Positions 30,535 to 41,738 of a stretch of DNA of 64,000 nucleotides are shown in pieces. Within the stretch, counting starts at the first letter, position 1, and each line of letters starts with the position of its first letter. The notes under the pieces were generated by a model. It was not told the DNA's origin and did not search any database. It saw only the letters and a program-made list of their open reading frames with translations. Position numbers and translations under genes: made by a program. Source of the stretch: Endomicrobiales bacterium (GTDB lineage Bacteria; Elusimicrobiota; Endomicrobiia; Endomicrobiales; JALOBY01); NCBI GenBank assembly GCA_963796955.1, contig CAWCNJ010000011.1:40651-104650 (forward strand). The letters run 5' to 3'.

Positions 30535-31832
30535 TTACAATTTAACAATGTTCTTAGCTTGAATACCCTTAGTGGCATTCCTGGTGTCAATAACAAGTTT
30601 AGATTTTTTAACCAATGCCGCATAATCAATGGAGGAGTGATTGGTTATTATGACTACCGCATCGTACTTGGCTGCATTGCTCAGGTTCTTTTCCGATTTT
30701 ATAACGCTTTTTTCCACCGGAAAGACGGGATGTGCGGGTCGTAATAGCGCACATCGGCTCTGCGATCCATAAGGAGCTGGAAGATATCCAGCGCCGGTGA
30801 TTCGCGCACATCGTTTACATCTTTCTTGTAAGCCATGCCGACCAGTAGTATCTTAGCCTTTAATATTGATGTGCCGCGTGCGTTGACTTCATCAACGATA
30901 AGCTGAACCACATGTTCCGGCATGCGTGAGTTCATTTCGCCGGCCAGTTCAATAAAGCGGGAATAAAAGTTCAGTGTTTTAAGCTTCCAGGACAAATAGT
31001 GCGGGTCCAGCGGGATGCAATGGCCGCCTATGCCGGGGCCCGGGTAAAACGGCATGAAACCGAAGGGCTTTGAGGCTGCGGCATCAATGATCTCCCACAC
31101 ATCCAGCTTAAGCTTGTCGCACATAAGCGCTACTTCATTGACCAGCGCTATATTAACGGCGCGGAACGTATTTTCAAGCAGTTTAACCATTTCCGCGGCT
31201 TCGGTGCTGGAGACCCTTTTAATGATCTCCGTAATATTCGCGTAAGTCAGCTCGGCCAGGTCACCGCATTTAGCTGTTATACCGCCGACAACCTTCGGGG
31301 TATTGCTTACGGTGTGTTTAGGGTTACTGGGGTCCACACGTTCGGGGCTGAAGGCGAGAAAAAAGTCGGTGCCGCATTTAAGGCCGCCGGCGGTAAGCAT
31401 GGGCATTACCAATTCGCTGGTCGTGCCGGGGTACGTAGTGGATTCCAGTATCACCAGCTGGCCTTTACGCAGAGTTTTGGCAATGTTATCGGTAGCAGAT
31501 ACAATATAAGACACATCCGGATCTTTTGATTTGCGCAGCGGCGTCGGCACACAAACTATCACCACATCCTGCCCCTTTAGTTTTCCAAAGTCAGTGGTCG
31601 CGCTGAGCAGCTTCGCATCCACCAGCGGCGCTAATACCGAAGAAGCAACATCGCCGATATACGACTTCTTCGCCTGGATATTTTTTACTTTGGTCGCATC
31701 AACTTCAAAACCCATAACTGCAAAGCCCGCCTTGGCGAACTCCGTAGCCAGCGGAAGCCCGACGTACCCAAGGCCTATTATGCCTATTTTTGCCTTCTTA
31801 TTCTGGATCGCCTTCTTTAGCACTTCGTACAT
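30535..31832 (-). CDS. Nucleotide-sugar (UDP-GlcNAc/UDP-Glc) 6-dehydrogenase with 1-nt frameshift near 30718
   Basis: GLGYVGLP, FSPER, KLLENTFR, GPGIGGHCIP. ORF 30535..30717 supplies the C-terminus (DTRNA) that matches the paralog at 40422. Confidence 0.88.
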
Positions 31833-31862
31833 TTTGTTCCTCCCGGTTTCAAGTATATTAGT

Positions 31863-32849
31863 TCAGTCCGCGCCAAGCTTGATATTGATGCTTACATACT
31901 GTACATCGCCGGCAGTAATAAAGGAAGTATAGGCGTAATCCACGCAGATCTCCCGCGCGTAGAGAAAGAACAGATCCACGTTCTTAAGGCATATGCCGGC
32001 GCCGCCGGTAAAGTTATTTACGTTTGCACTATTAGACCGGTAACCGGCACGCAGCAGTATGGGCCCGACCACATTGTATTCGGCACCGCAGGCATAGCGC
32101 GCATCATCGTTGATCGCTTTTATAAAGTCGGTGCTCAAGGTAAGGCGTTTATTGAAGAAACCATAGCCCAAACCCAGCCTGCCGGTCTGGGGCACCTCTG
32201 TTTTAATATTCGGGTTATTGGTATCCTTGCTTATATTGCCGACGGAAGCGCCTACCGACAAGGGGCAGTGCGCTTCGTTCCAGAGCAAGCCGGCATCATA
32301 CGACTGCCAGTTGTAGTCGGTACCGAGCACCTGTTCCTTGTACAGCTTGAGAGTGGCGCCGATCATAAATTTACCGGCGGTTTCACCGTCAAAGACCGTC
32401 GTGCCGTAGGAACCGCTCATCAGTTCACCGGTCGCCTTTGGGTCGCTGAGGAAGTTACCGTTTTCATCCCCGCGCGGGAGACTGGACTGGTCGTATGTAT
32501 CATAAAACACGGCGATAGTGCCGGTATTTGCCAGATTATCGGTGCGCAGGTCGTGAAGGCTGTACACGAAACCCGCCGAATACTGATTAACTTTACCGAA
32601 TAGAACGTTCTGCTGCGCGGGCACTTCTATATTATCTATCAACGCGAGCCCCGCAGGATTGTAATACAAACAGCCTGAATCGTCGCTGACAGCCGTATAC
32701 GCGCCGCCCATTGCGGAAGAACGTGCATCTTTTACCAGATCGAAAATACGGACGCTGGTCGGTGTAAGATTGTTATCGGCGGCAAAAGAAGGGAAAGAAC
32801 CTCCAACGCACACCATCGCGGCGATCGCCGCTAAACGAATATTGTTCAC
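31863..32849 (-). CDS. PorV/PorQ-like outer-membrane beta-barrel, type 1
   Basis: Signal peptide; DARSSAMGGAYTAVSDD..LYYNPAGLA; LRAGY; DYAY; terminal beta-strand. Overlaps the wzc stop. Confidence 0.78.
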   Translation of the reverse strand: MNNIRLAAIAAMVCVGGSFPSFAADNNLTPTSVRIFDLVKDARSSAMGGAYTAVSDDSGCLYYNPAGLALIDNIEVPAQQNVLFGKVNQYSAGFVYSLHDLRTDNLANTGTIAVFYDTYDQSSLPRGDENGNFLSDPKATGELMSGSYGTTVFDGETAGKFMIGATLKLYKEQVLGTDYNWQSYDAGLLWNEAHCPLSVGASVGNISKDTNNPNIKTEVPQTGRLGLGYGFFNKRLTLSTDFIKAINDDARYACGAEYNVVGPILLRAGYRSNSANVNNFTGGAGICLKNVDLFFLYAREICVDYAYTSFITAGDVQYVSINIKLGAD

Positions 32850-35006
32850 AGTGTCTCTCCCTTTACAGGTATGGAATCCGAATAAATATCATCTCCGTAG
32901 TACGAATCGTACAGATATTTTGGCATGTAGTTATGAACCTTCGTTAGAACAAAGCCGGATATAGCCACTTTACATTTGTGCAGGGTATGGTAAGCGTTTA
33001 AAATATCCGTTCTCTGGGTATGCTCCATCTGCACTATCATAAAAGACCGGTCCACATACTTGCCGATAATGCAGGAGTCGGGAAGGTTCAACACCGGCGG
33101 CGCATCGAATATGACAACATCAAAACGCTCTTTAAGCGTCGCGAGCAACGCGGAGAATTCTTTTGAGTCAAGCAGTTCTGAAGGATTGGAAACCGCATGA
33201 CCGCGCGGTATAATGCTCAGGCCTTCAACAGCCGAGCTTGCAAGCACGGAATCCACATCGATCTTGCCCTTCAAGAGTTCCGAAAGGCCCGGTGCGCGCG
33301 CGATATTGAACAGGGTGTGCACCGACCCGCGCCGCAGGTCGCAGTCCACCAACACGGTTTTCAAGGAATTATTTGCCAAAGAGATCGCCAGGTTCGAGGA
33401 AGCAAGGCTTTTACCCTCGCCTTTAAGAGTGCTGGTCATCATGACCGCTTTTTGTTTATTTTCCGACAACAGGTTGCTGACGTTAGTCCTTAAAACCCTG
33501 AACTCTTCCGAGACTTTACTGAGCGGGTCGTTGTGGGTTATTAAATACGCCGACAGTTCACCATGCGCTTTTTTTATCGGCCATGAGGGCACTATCTCAA
33601 GGAAAGAGAACACTTTTCAACGCGAGGATTTTTTCCTTCAATTTCCTTAGTTTTGATCTTTTGCGGGTGACGTTCAGTATCATATTGGAAATGGCGCCGA
33701 TGACCGGCTGCGGCAGGCCTTTACCGGCATCATCGACGGTGAGAAAGGAAGTATCAAACCGGTCTACGATAAGCACCAGGCCGGCGCCTATCGCGATACC
33801 GATCATAAGACCGGCGAATACGACGACAGGTTTTTTAGGTTTTATCGGCGACAGGGGGACCCTGGGGCTTTCTATGACCCTGAATTTTTCGTCTCTGTCG
33901 GAATCCTGCAGGTGCTGGGAAACATACGCTGATTCCATCTGTTTCAGCAGCAGCTGATAAATATCCTCGTCCACCTGCTTGTTGCGCTCCATGGTCACCA
34001 GCTCATCTTCCCGCACAGGTTTAACGGCGGTCGTGCCGTTTATCTCCAGCTCGGCTTTGCGCTTGTTCAAATACTCTATTTCCATATCGACCTGTTTAAG
34101 GTCCTGCTCAGTTTGCATATACAGCGGGTTCATCAGGGAAATACTTTCTTTTACCGTATCTCTGCTCTCTTCTTCATTGATCTTTTTTGCCAGATCGTTA
34201 CTCTTTTTCTTCAGCTCCAGGATCCAGGGGTTATCTTCCTTGCCGTCCACCATCAGGCGGGCCAGCTGGTCCTGGGTATCTGCCAGCTGCTGGCGCAGCC
34301 GCACCAGCAAGGGGCTTTGTTCCTTGGTTATCTGGGACGGCACCATCTGGGAAACTTTCTTCATCTTTGATTCCAGCAATTCTTTACGGTTGCGCGCCAG
34401 GCGCAGTTCCGTCTCAACCTTGCTGGCGGTAAAATTCCATTCAGAACCCTCAAGTTTTTGTTTATAGATCTTAAGCTGTTCCGTGAAAAAGGCTATGGCA
34501 TCCTGCGCGTTCAGCTTCTTTTTTTCTTCCCTTTCATTGATAAGGTCGTCAACCATTATATTGACGGCTTTATAGGCCACCTGAGGGTCACCGTCGCGAA
34601 AACTGATCCTGAAAAGATCTTTTGAAGCATGCTCAACGATAATGCGCTTTTTCATGCCTTCTACAAGCAGGTTCAGTTTCAAGGGTGATTTTATGTCGTC
34701 CCCTAAATGCAGGTCTTGAGCAAGCTTCATCAAACGTGGATAGGAATACAATTGTTTTGATAATATGCCGAGTTCGTCTTCCAGCGCGGGGGAGTTGGAA
34801 CCATTTTCTTTTGTTGCGAGCGGGTCGTTTATCTTCTGCTTATCCAGTAGTATCATGGCGTAAGATTCATACTGCTTCGGTATCGTGTATGCCGCGATCA
34901 CCGAAAGCACCAGGGACAACGCGACCGGGATGGTGAGCAGATATTTTTGCCCAACTATCCTGCCGAGGATGTACTGCCAGTTGATGTCGTTGTTCGTCGT
35001 TTCCAT
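32846..35006 (-). CDS. wzc: Wzc-type polysaccharide co-polymerase/tyrosine autokinase (two ORFs joined by 1-nt frameshift near 33615)
   Basis: GumC/Wzz domain with two TMs plus BY-kinase (GEGKS, VDCDLR, DAPP, Tyr-rich tail). The locus B paralog reads through the same junction in one frame. Confidence 0.85.
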
Positions 35007-35731
35007 TAATAGGTTCCTGTTGCGATCCTGGCCGAGCCTGCCGAGGATAACGGGCTTAATAAGGAGCTGATAAAATCACCTATCATGCCGAGAATGGTTT
35101 GCGGCACGTAGACAACATCCCCTGGTTTCACCTCTATGTTCATTTTCAATTCGCCGTGGTTAAGTACGCGGTCCATGTTCACCACGCGTTTTTTTGGTTT
35201 CCCGCGCGATGCGGTGATAATGAAGGTACGGCTGAGCGCCGCGGTCTTGGTGGGCAGGCCGGCGTTTATCAGCACGTCGCGCACCGTAAGCCGTTTGCCG
35301 TCTGTTGCGTATTTTCCGGGCCGCGCCACTTCTCCAAAAACGTACACTACCTCGCTGGAATATTTTGTGATGCCGATGGTTACCTGAGGATTGTTTATGT
35401 ACTGGCTCAATCTATCGGTCAATACCTTCACCAATTGCCCTTTAACCAGGCCGTCCGCGGTAAATTCACCGAGTGATTGGATGGTTATCTTCCCCGCCGG
35501 GTCTATCAGATAGTCACCGCTCCATTCCGGATGATTTAGTGTAGTGATCTTTAGAATGTCGTCGGGACCGAGAATATAATCATCGGTGACCGAGCCCGCG
35601 GCATCCGCCGCCGCATCCGTCTGGGGCTTCTGCGGGATGTTCTTTGCCGGTACATGTGCGCATGCGGCAACCAGCAGAGCCACGCACATTCCCATAGCGG
35701 CTGAAACCAACAAACCTGATCGTTCTTTCAT
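35006..35731 (-). CDS. wza: Polysaccharide export (OPX/Wza) lipoprotein
   Basis: Lipobox VAAC, YILGPDD Poly_export domain, SLBB (VFGEVARPG, PGDVVYVP), C-terminal amphipathic helix. Confidence 0.9.
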   Translation of the reverse strand: MKERSGLLVSAAMGMCVALLVAACAHVPAKNIPQKPQTDAAADAAGSVTDDYILGPDDILKITTLNHPEWSGDYLIDPAGKITIQSLGEFTADGLVKGQLVKVLTDRLSQYINNPQVTIGITKYSSEVVYVFGEVARPGKYATDGKRLTVRDVLINAGLPTKTAALSRTFIITASRGKPKKRVVNMDRVLNHGELKMNIEVKPGDVVYVPQTILGMIGDFISSLLSPLSSAGSARIATGTY

Positions 35732-35732
35732 G

Positions 35733-36575
35733 TTAGAGCCTGCCTTTGTTTTTGTTCTTTTGCATGGCACAACCGATATCCCTGAAGTCGCAGGCCGTTG
35801 AAACTACAAATGTATCCCTGCCGGACGCGGCTTTATTATAAACATCAACAGCCCCGTCAAGCGATGCCTCAGCCATCGCCGGTTGCCCGGTACCGGAGTA
35901 ATGCACCGCTTCTATCAGATAAGACTCCATGGCTTCGACGGAATCCGGGTAAATGCTTTTTATGGTATTGAACAACTGAAGGGCGTTTTCCCACTGTCCG
36001 GCCTTTTCGAAGCTGAGACCAACGGCAAAGATCGCCTCGCTGTTAAGCTCCCGATTTTCCGGGTTGGATTTGATAAGCATGATCGATCCCTGTGCCGCCT
36101 CGTTAAGGTTACCCTGCGAAAGGCTTCTACTGACGGCCATGTACGGTTCCGCCGCCAATTCCGGATCGTCGTTGACCGCTTTTGCGGCGATCTTCGCCGG
36201 GCGCTGCGCCTTGCGCAGATTGCCCATGTATATCACCGCGTTGCGCCAGATATCCGGCCGGTCGAACCTGCCTACAATGTTAAGCAGTTCTTCCCTGGCT
36301 CGCGCGAGATCGCCAACCTGCATATACATCTGGACCAGCGTGAACAACGCATTTCCGGACCTTTCGCAGCCGGGATTACTGTAAGCCGCCAGCCGCAGGG
36401 CTTTTACCGTTTCACTGAACTCTGCTGCGTCGGCAGAACGCGGATCGCGGATCGTTTTCGCATGGTCAAAATTTACCTTCCACAACGCCTTCTCAGCCGT
36501 GTATTTGTCAAGGCAGCCTGAAAAAAACAGTAACCCTGTAAGTATAGCTGATATTTTAAGATATGTCTTGCACAT
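35733..36575 (-). CDS. TPR-containing lipoprotein
   Basis: Lipobox FFSGC followed by helical TPR-like repeats. Confidence 0.7.
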   Translation of the reverse strand: MCKTYLKISAILTGLLFFSGCLDKYTAEKALWKVNFDHAKTIRDPRSADAAEFSETVKALRLAAYSNPGCERSGNALFTLVQMYMQVGDLARAREELLNIVGRFDRPDIWRNAVIYMGNLRKAQRPAKIAAKAVNDDPELAAEPYMAVSRSLSQGNLNEAAQGSIMLIKSNPENRELNSEAIFAVGLSFEKAGQWENALQLFNTIKSIYPDSVEAMESYLIEAVHYSGTGQPAMAEASLDGAVDVYNKAASGRDTFVVSTACDFRDIGCAMQKNKNKGRL

Positions 36576-37398
36576 CTGTGGCTCCCGGGCCTGTCTCTGT
36601 TTTGCGGACGGCAAGAAATAATAGAGTGGCGGATGTTATAAGCAATACGTCCCGTATACCCGCCAGCAGGATGCGCGCGGCGACAACATACAACGTGGAT
36701 TCAGGGCATGCAGACATCGAGAAAGCGGGTATTTTGTTGTAAAGGTAATAGACAGGTGTAAAGATGAGACCTGAAAACAGGACAATGAGGATAGCGGTAA
36801 CATGGTTTTTCAAAAAAATCCTGAACGAGCGAGCGATAGAATCCGGCAGTTTTCTGTTTTCTACGACGATCGCAGGAATCGCGAAAATGAACGGGGCCTG
36901 AACCAGAAGCAGCAGAATATATTCCGCGCAAAAAACCACGTTACCGGATGCCACATAATCAGTCAAAGCGCCTGCGGCCCGTACAGCGCCGGAAGCCAGC
37001 AGTATCATTATGCCCCATACGATCGCGATCCTGAAAAATTTTCTGTACGCCTTGGTCAGGGAAAACACGAATCCGGCCGGGTTGCCGGCGTTCGTCTGAT
37101 TGATCACCGATATCGCCACACCGACGAAGAGGGCGCCCAGCGTAAAATTTTCGATGTTCTTAATGTGATTGAACAATTCAGGCAGCAGCGAGTATATGGC
37201 GGGATAATGCAGGTACGGCTCGCCCCAGAGCGCAGCTATCAAAGAAGCGAGCGCGTTCAACTGCGGAACGAACGGCGCCAGCACTATCGCCGCAACGAGC
37301 ACAAGGTCTATCAAAAACACCAGAATGAACGGCACAAGGATAACGGGACGGGTGTACAACGATCTTATGGTTAAGAGCATCAATCGCCAAAATCCCAT
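36556..37398 (-). CDS. Integral membrane protein (about 6 TM)
   Basis: Hydrophobic segments; co-oriented in the operon. Confidence 0.7.
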   Translation of the reverse strand: MGFWRLMLLTIRSLYTRPVILVPFILVFLIDLVLVAAIVLAPFVPQLNALASLIAALWGEPYLHYPAIYSLLPELFNHIKNIENFTLGALFVGVAISVINQTNAGNPAGFVFSLTKAYRKFFRIAIVWGIMILLASGAVRAAGALTDYVASGNVVFCAEYILLLLVQAPFIFAIPAIVVENRKLPDSIARSFRIFLKNHVTAILIVLFSGLIFTPVYYLYNKIPAFSMSACPESTLYVVAARILLAGIRDVLLITSATLLFLAVRKTETGPGATDVQDIS

Positions 37399-37460
37399 CG
37401 GAACTTCTTCTTTTCGCAAAATATTCCCCATTAAGACGAGATGAGCAGATGCCGGCTTTT

Positions 37461-38463
37461 CTAACGGGCCCCGCGGGCGAACAACACAGTTTTAAAGGTA
37501 CTGAAAAATATTTTCATGTCCAGAAGCAGACACCGCTTCTCAAGATATATAAGATCATATTTTACCTTCTTTTTAGTATCGTCTATGCTGGAGGCGTAAC
37601 TATATCTTACCTGTGCCAGGCCCGTGAGGCCGGGTTTTACGTTGCAGCGTTTTCCGAAGGAGTTGATACTTTCATTAAGGCGCTGGACAAATTCCGGGCG
37701 TTCCGGCCGCGGCCCGATAACGCTCATGTCACCCATGAGAATGTTGTAGAATTGCGGCAATTCATCCAGGCGGGTCTTTCTGAGAAATTTACCGAGGCGC
37801 GTTACCCGATTGTCGGAAACTGAGGCCCAGACGGCTCCCTTTGCTTCGGCGTCATTGCGCATGGTGCGGAACTTATAGATGCGAAACAACGAACCGAGCT
37901 TATTATCGTCCCTTCGGTCATCCGAACGACGCCCCTTTTCGCTGCGTCTGCAGCCGGCGATACCCCTGCGGTTAAGGCCGACCCTGATCTGGCTGTAGAG
38001 CACCGGACCCGGAGAATCAAGTTTAACGAGAATGGCGACAATCAGCATTACCGGCATGGTCACAATAAGAGCCAGGGAAGACAAGACAATGTCCAGTACC
38101 CTTCTTAATTTGGCGTACGAGGTAACGGATATCTGGAAGAAAAGCGCGGCAAGACCGATAAGCAGCAGTATAGCTTCGGCGGAACGAAATGATTGTTTTT
38201 TTCGCGGGACGAATTTTGGCCGGAGATCGACGCTCCCCGAACCGGGTATTTATGTCTTTTTGCAGACTGGCGACCACAGGATCAGCGGCACATTTTGAAC
38301 GGGCGTTAAGGTCTGCGGAATTTTCGCTGGCACAGCCGAAATAAGTATCAACCAGTGAAAGATTGGCCGGCCGCGCATTGTCAGATGCGAAAGCGCAAAT
38401 ATAAAAACCGCAAAAACCGTATATCAGACCCAATAGAACCTTGCTTAAAAGCACCGGTTTCAT
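37461..38463 (-). CDS. Priming phosphoglycosyltransferase (Bac_transf) with N-terminal extension; frameshift probably at T7 run 38196-38202
   Basis: KLDSPGP, KFRTM, LDELPQ, GDMSVIGPRPERP, KPGLTG. The upstream frame encodes AEAILLLIGLAALFF..KLRRVLDIVLS, which joins ORF 38023..38490 if one base is removed. Confidence 0.8.
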
Positions 38464-38633
38464 ATTTTTCCTCTCCCCAAGCGCAACCAATTCAACAGTG
38501 TTTTGCGTGTATTATATACTTTAACGGCTGAATGCCAATCATATCAAATGTACCGGCATATTTCCATTCTAATTTCTGGCACTGCATTAGAAACAGGTAC
38601 CGGCCCAAAATTTTAAGACGGTAAATTGCATGT

Positions 38634-38651
38634 TTTGTAACCGTTTACAAA
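38634..38651. promoter_or_regulatory. Palindromic operator TTTGTAA-CCGT-TTACAAA upstream of locus A
   Basis: Perfect 7-bp dyad; the core TGTAACCGTTTACA fits the LacI/CcpA cre pattern TGWAANCGNTNWCA. Confidence 0.5.
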
Positions 38652-38679
38652 TTTTCTAATAACATGAATAATTAGGCTT

Positions 38680-38988
38680 TTACTGCCCATCCTGCTGATT
38701 GATCTCACCCTGGGCAGCGCTATTGGGAGGACTTATTTTTTTTCCGTATTTCCCCCGGTTTATTACCACATAGATGCTTTTGATGGACAATTTAAATTTC
38801 TTTGCCAGCTGCTTGACGGTCATCCCCTGTTTACGAAAGCATATTATCGATCTGTTCCGTATACCAAAATACTCCCTGTCGTGGGTGCCGTTGCTGCCGT
38901 ATTTCGGCACCCAGACCCTTTGGCCCCCGCATTCCATAACAAGTTTTTTGAAGTTCTTTTTGTCCAGTATTTCAGAAAGAAGTTTCAT
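38680..38988 (-). CDS. Mor-family transcription activator
   Basis: LV..CGGQRVWVPK, RNRSI...G, LAKKFKLS...IY.VI C-terminal HTH; 102 aa. Confidence 0.75.
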   Translation of the reverse strand: MKLLSEILDKKNFKKLVMECGGQRVWVPKYGSNGTHDREYFGIRNRSIICFRKQGMTVKQLAKKFKLSIKSIYVVINRGKYGKKISPPNSAAQGEINQQDGQ

Positions 38989-39240
38989 GGTTTCCCGGTC
39001 TGCCTCAATAGATAAATTCTAACTTTGTCATTATTATACTACTTTCGCGTTGTGTACTATTTATAGAATAGTTGTGAAAATAATGTGAAATGTGTTTTTA
39101 TATACTACTTGATGTTGCATCAAAACATTTTGATTAATCATATTTTTTTGTAATGTACATATTTAAAGACATGACAACCAACAATTCTAACTTATGCCAT
39201 AAACAATATATAGATATATTCTAATGTATGACATAGCTCT

Positions 39241-39286
39241 AAAAATAACATAAGCCCGGAACGATATGGATCTATCGTCCCGGGCT
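39241..39286 (-). terminator. Rho-independent terminator ending locus B
   Basis: 14-bp stem AGCCCGGGACGATA / TATCGTTCCGGGCT (one G-U pair) followed by TATGTTATTTTT on the minus strand. Confidence 0.75.
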
Positions 39287-39303
39287 ATAGCCTGCTTATG
39301 CTA

Positions 39304-40248
39304 TTACTTTGAAGTTTGTTTGGGAGAACCGAACCGTACCCCAAGAGTGAGCCTCTGTATATTGTCTATATACGAGGTTTGGGTGAAGGACAGTCCGAAC
39401 ATATAGTTGCCGAAATTCACACTGCCGCCGTACGTCAGGGACTGTTGTGAATCCTGCACCGAGCAATCCGCGTTCACACTTACCGCACCGTATCTGAGCG
39501 ATGCCCCGGTGGTGTAGGTGCTTTTGCCGTTAACCAGGCTGTTGGCTGCGCCGGCGCCCATGGCGAGCGACATATGCTGGCCCAGACTGGTGTTATACAA
39601 CACCGCCAGTGAACCGGTCTGCGGCAGGGGATCGCTCTCATCTATGAACTTTGTCGCCGTTCCGCTGTTAAGCAGTGCCGCCGACAACATAACATGCGGG
39701 CTCAGCTCCAGCATGGCGCCGATATCCGCCGCGTACGCTTTCGCTGTCTGCGCCTCCGCTATCTGGGAAGAGGCGGCTTTGATATTTATACCTCCGTATA
39801 AATTGTTGCATAGCTTCCTTCCGTAGGCGAACATCGCCATGCTGTCTTTTTCCAGAGAGACGGTCTGGGTCTGCATGGTGTTATTGTCGACCCAGTTGAG
39901 GTCCACGGAGCCGGCGTCATAATACGCCGCGCCAGCCATTACCTCGCCGCCCAACATAGGGCGGCCGTACATTATTCTGGTAAGTCTGTCATCGGCAAAG
40001 CCGGATTCTGAAGCCAATTCAAGTTCATGAAGTTTGTTAACCCCAAGATAGGCAGGGTTGTATAGAACCCCGCTCAAACTTCCGCAGGTCTTAGACTGTG
40101 AAAGCATTCCTTCGGTGTTAAGCTCCCTCACCTTTTCAAGCAGCACCCATCCTGGATTCGCGCTGGCAAATACCGAGCCGCAAACCGCTACCGTTAAACC
40201 GAATACCACTACCGCTACCATCCAACCAGATCTTTGCTTTTTGAACAT
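39304..40248 (-). CDS. PorV/PorQ (UPF0164)-like outer-membrane beta-barrel, type 2
   Basis: Paralog of 29278: SGVLYNPA, YYDAGSVDLNWVDN, AYAADIG, DPLP, QRLTLGVRF. Confidence 0.7.
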   Translation of the reverse strand: MFKKQRSGWMVAVVVFGLTVAVCGSVFASANPGWVLLEKVRELNTEGMLSQSKTCGSLSGVLYNPAYLGVNKLHELELASESGFADDRLTRIMYGRPMLGGEVMAGAAYYDAGSVDLNWVDNNTMQTQTVSLEKDSMAMFAYGRKLCNNLYGGINIKAASSQIAEAQTAKAYAADIGAMLELSPHVMLSAALLNSGTATKFIDESDPLPQTGSLAVLYNTSLGQHMSLAMGAGAANSLVNGKSTYTTGASLRYGAVSVNADCSVQDSQQSLTYGGSVNFGNYMFGLSFTQTSYIDNIQRLTLGVRFGSPKQTSK

Positions 40249-40421
40249 TTCGACACAGCATTCAACATCTAACTCCTCGCCTCATTGTGTTGCTCCTTGC
40301 TGTAACAGAAGGTTACCGCATTTCACCCACTATTGGCAAGGGAAAGTTCAAGGGCGCACTTAAAGAAGTACTTGATAATTCTATCAGTTTTATAGTGCAA
40401 ATTAAGCAAAATCGAGGTATT

Positions 40422-41720
40422 TTAAAGCCGGTGAATATTTTTATTTACAATGCCTTTTGTCGCATTCCTGCTGTCTAAAATCAACCTGGCTTCCTTTGAG
40501 ATCTTTACATAATCCAGATCCGAGTGATCGGTGATTATTATCACGATGTCATAGGTATTGATCGCGCCCAGATCCTTCTGGGACCGGTAGGTAGTATTTT
40601 CCAGCTTGAATTGGGAAATATGCGGATCGTAGTAATCCACATCTCCTTTCCGCTCCAGCAACAGCTGCAGCACGTCGAGGGCCGGCGACTCCCGTATGTC
40701 GCTGACATCTTTTTTGTAGGCGACCCCCAGCAACAGTATCTTCGAGCGGCTTATGCATTTGCCCTGCTCGTTCAGCACAATACTGAGCTTATCCACCAGA
40801 TGGTCGGGCATGCGGGAGTTCATCTCGCCTGCCAGCTCTATGAACCGGGAATAGAAATTCAATGTTTTCAGCTTCCACGACAGGTATTGCGGGTCCAGGG
40901 GGATGCAGTGACCGCCGATACCGGGCCCCGGATAGAACGGCATAAAACCGAAGGGCTTAGAGGCCGCCGAATCTATGATCTCCCACACATTCAGGTTTAA
41001 TTTATCGCACATCAGCGCGACCTCGTTTACCAGCGCGATATTTACCGCCCTGAACGTATTTTCCAGCAGCTTGACCATTTCGGCGGCTTCCGTCGAAGAA
41101 ACGGGGATCACACGGACGGCTATTTTTGAATATACCGCCGCGGCCAGGGTGCAGCACAGTTCCGTTATACCGCCGACCACCTTCGGCGTGTTGCTGATGT
41201 TATATTTTTTGTTGCTGGGGTCCACCCGCTCGGGGCTGAAGGCAAGGTAGAAATCACTGCCGCAGGACAAACCGTTCTTTTCCAGCATGGGCATTACCAG
41301 GTCTCTCGTCGTGCCGGGGTAGGTCGTTGACTCCAGCACTATCAACTGGCCGGCCCTGAGGCCCGCGGCGATCTTTTCGGCGGCGGACACTATGTAGGAG
41401 ACATCCGGGTCTTTAGATTTACGCAGCGGTGTGGGCACGCAGACTATGATGACATCACGGCCGCTCAACAAACCGAAATCCGCCGTTGCAGAAAGCAGTT
41501 TTTTATCTACCAGACCGGCAAGCACGGCGACGGGGACGTCTTCAATGTAGGATTCTTTTTTATTGATACGCTCCACCTTGCTTTTATCAACTTCGAAACC
41601 CATGACCTCAAATCCCGCCCTCGCGAACTCAACGGCAAGCGGCAGCCCCACATACCCAAGCCCTATAACACCTATTTTCGCGACTCGTTCCTCGATCCGT
41701 TTTTGCAATTCTGTTGACAT
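40422..41720 (-). CDS. Nucleotide-sugar 6-dehydrogenase (WbpA/WecC-like)
   Basis: Intact 432-aa paralog of 30535-31832 with all catalytic motifs. Confidence 0.92.
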   Translation of the reverse strand: MSTELQKRIEERVAKIGVIGLGYVGLPLAVEFARAGFEVMGFEVDKSKVERINKKESYIEDVPVAVLAGLVDKKLLSATADFGLLSGRDVIIVCVPTPLRKSKDPDVSYIVSAAEKIAAGLRAGQLIVLESTTYPGTTRDLVMPMLEKNGLSCGSDFYLAFSPERVDPSNKKYNISNTPKVVGGITELCCTLAAAVYSKIAVRVIPVSSTEAAEMVKLLENTFRAVNIALVNEVALMCDKLNLNVWEIIDSAASKPFGFMPFYPGPGIGGHCIPLDPQYLSWKLKTLNFYSRFIELAGEMNSRMPDHLVDKLSIVLNEQGKCISRSKILLLGVAYKKDVSDIRESPALDVLQLLLERKGDVDYYDPHISQFKLENTTYRSQKDLGAINTYDIVIIITDHSDLDYVKISKEARLILDSRNATKGIVNKNIHRL

Positions 41721-41738
41721 GCCCGGTTCTCCTTTGCT

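Noticed and set aside
32846..33613. Separate CapB/CpsD kinase gene in locus A
   Set aside because: The locus B paralog reads through the same junction, and a single extra A explains the split.
38680..38988. Prophage remnant
   Set aside because: No other phage, transposase or integrase genes or att-like ends are visible.
39060..39100. TGTGAAA direct repeats as CRP/Rex site
   Set aside because: No matching TCACA half-site, and the AT-rich context makes chance likely.
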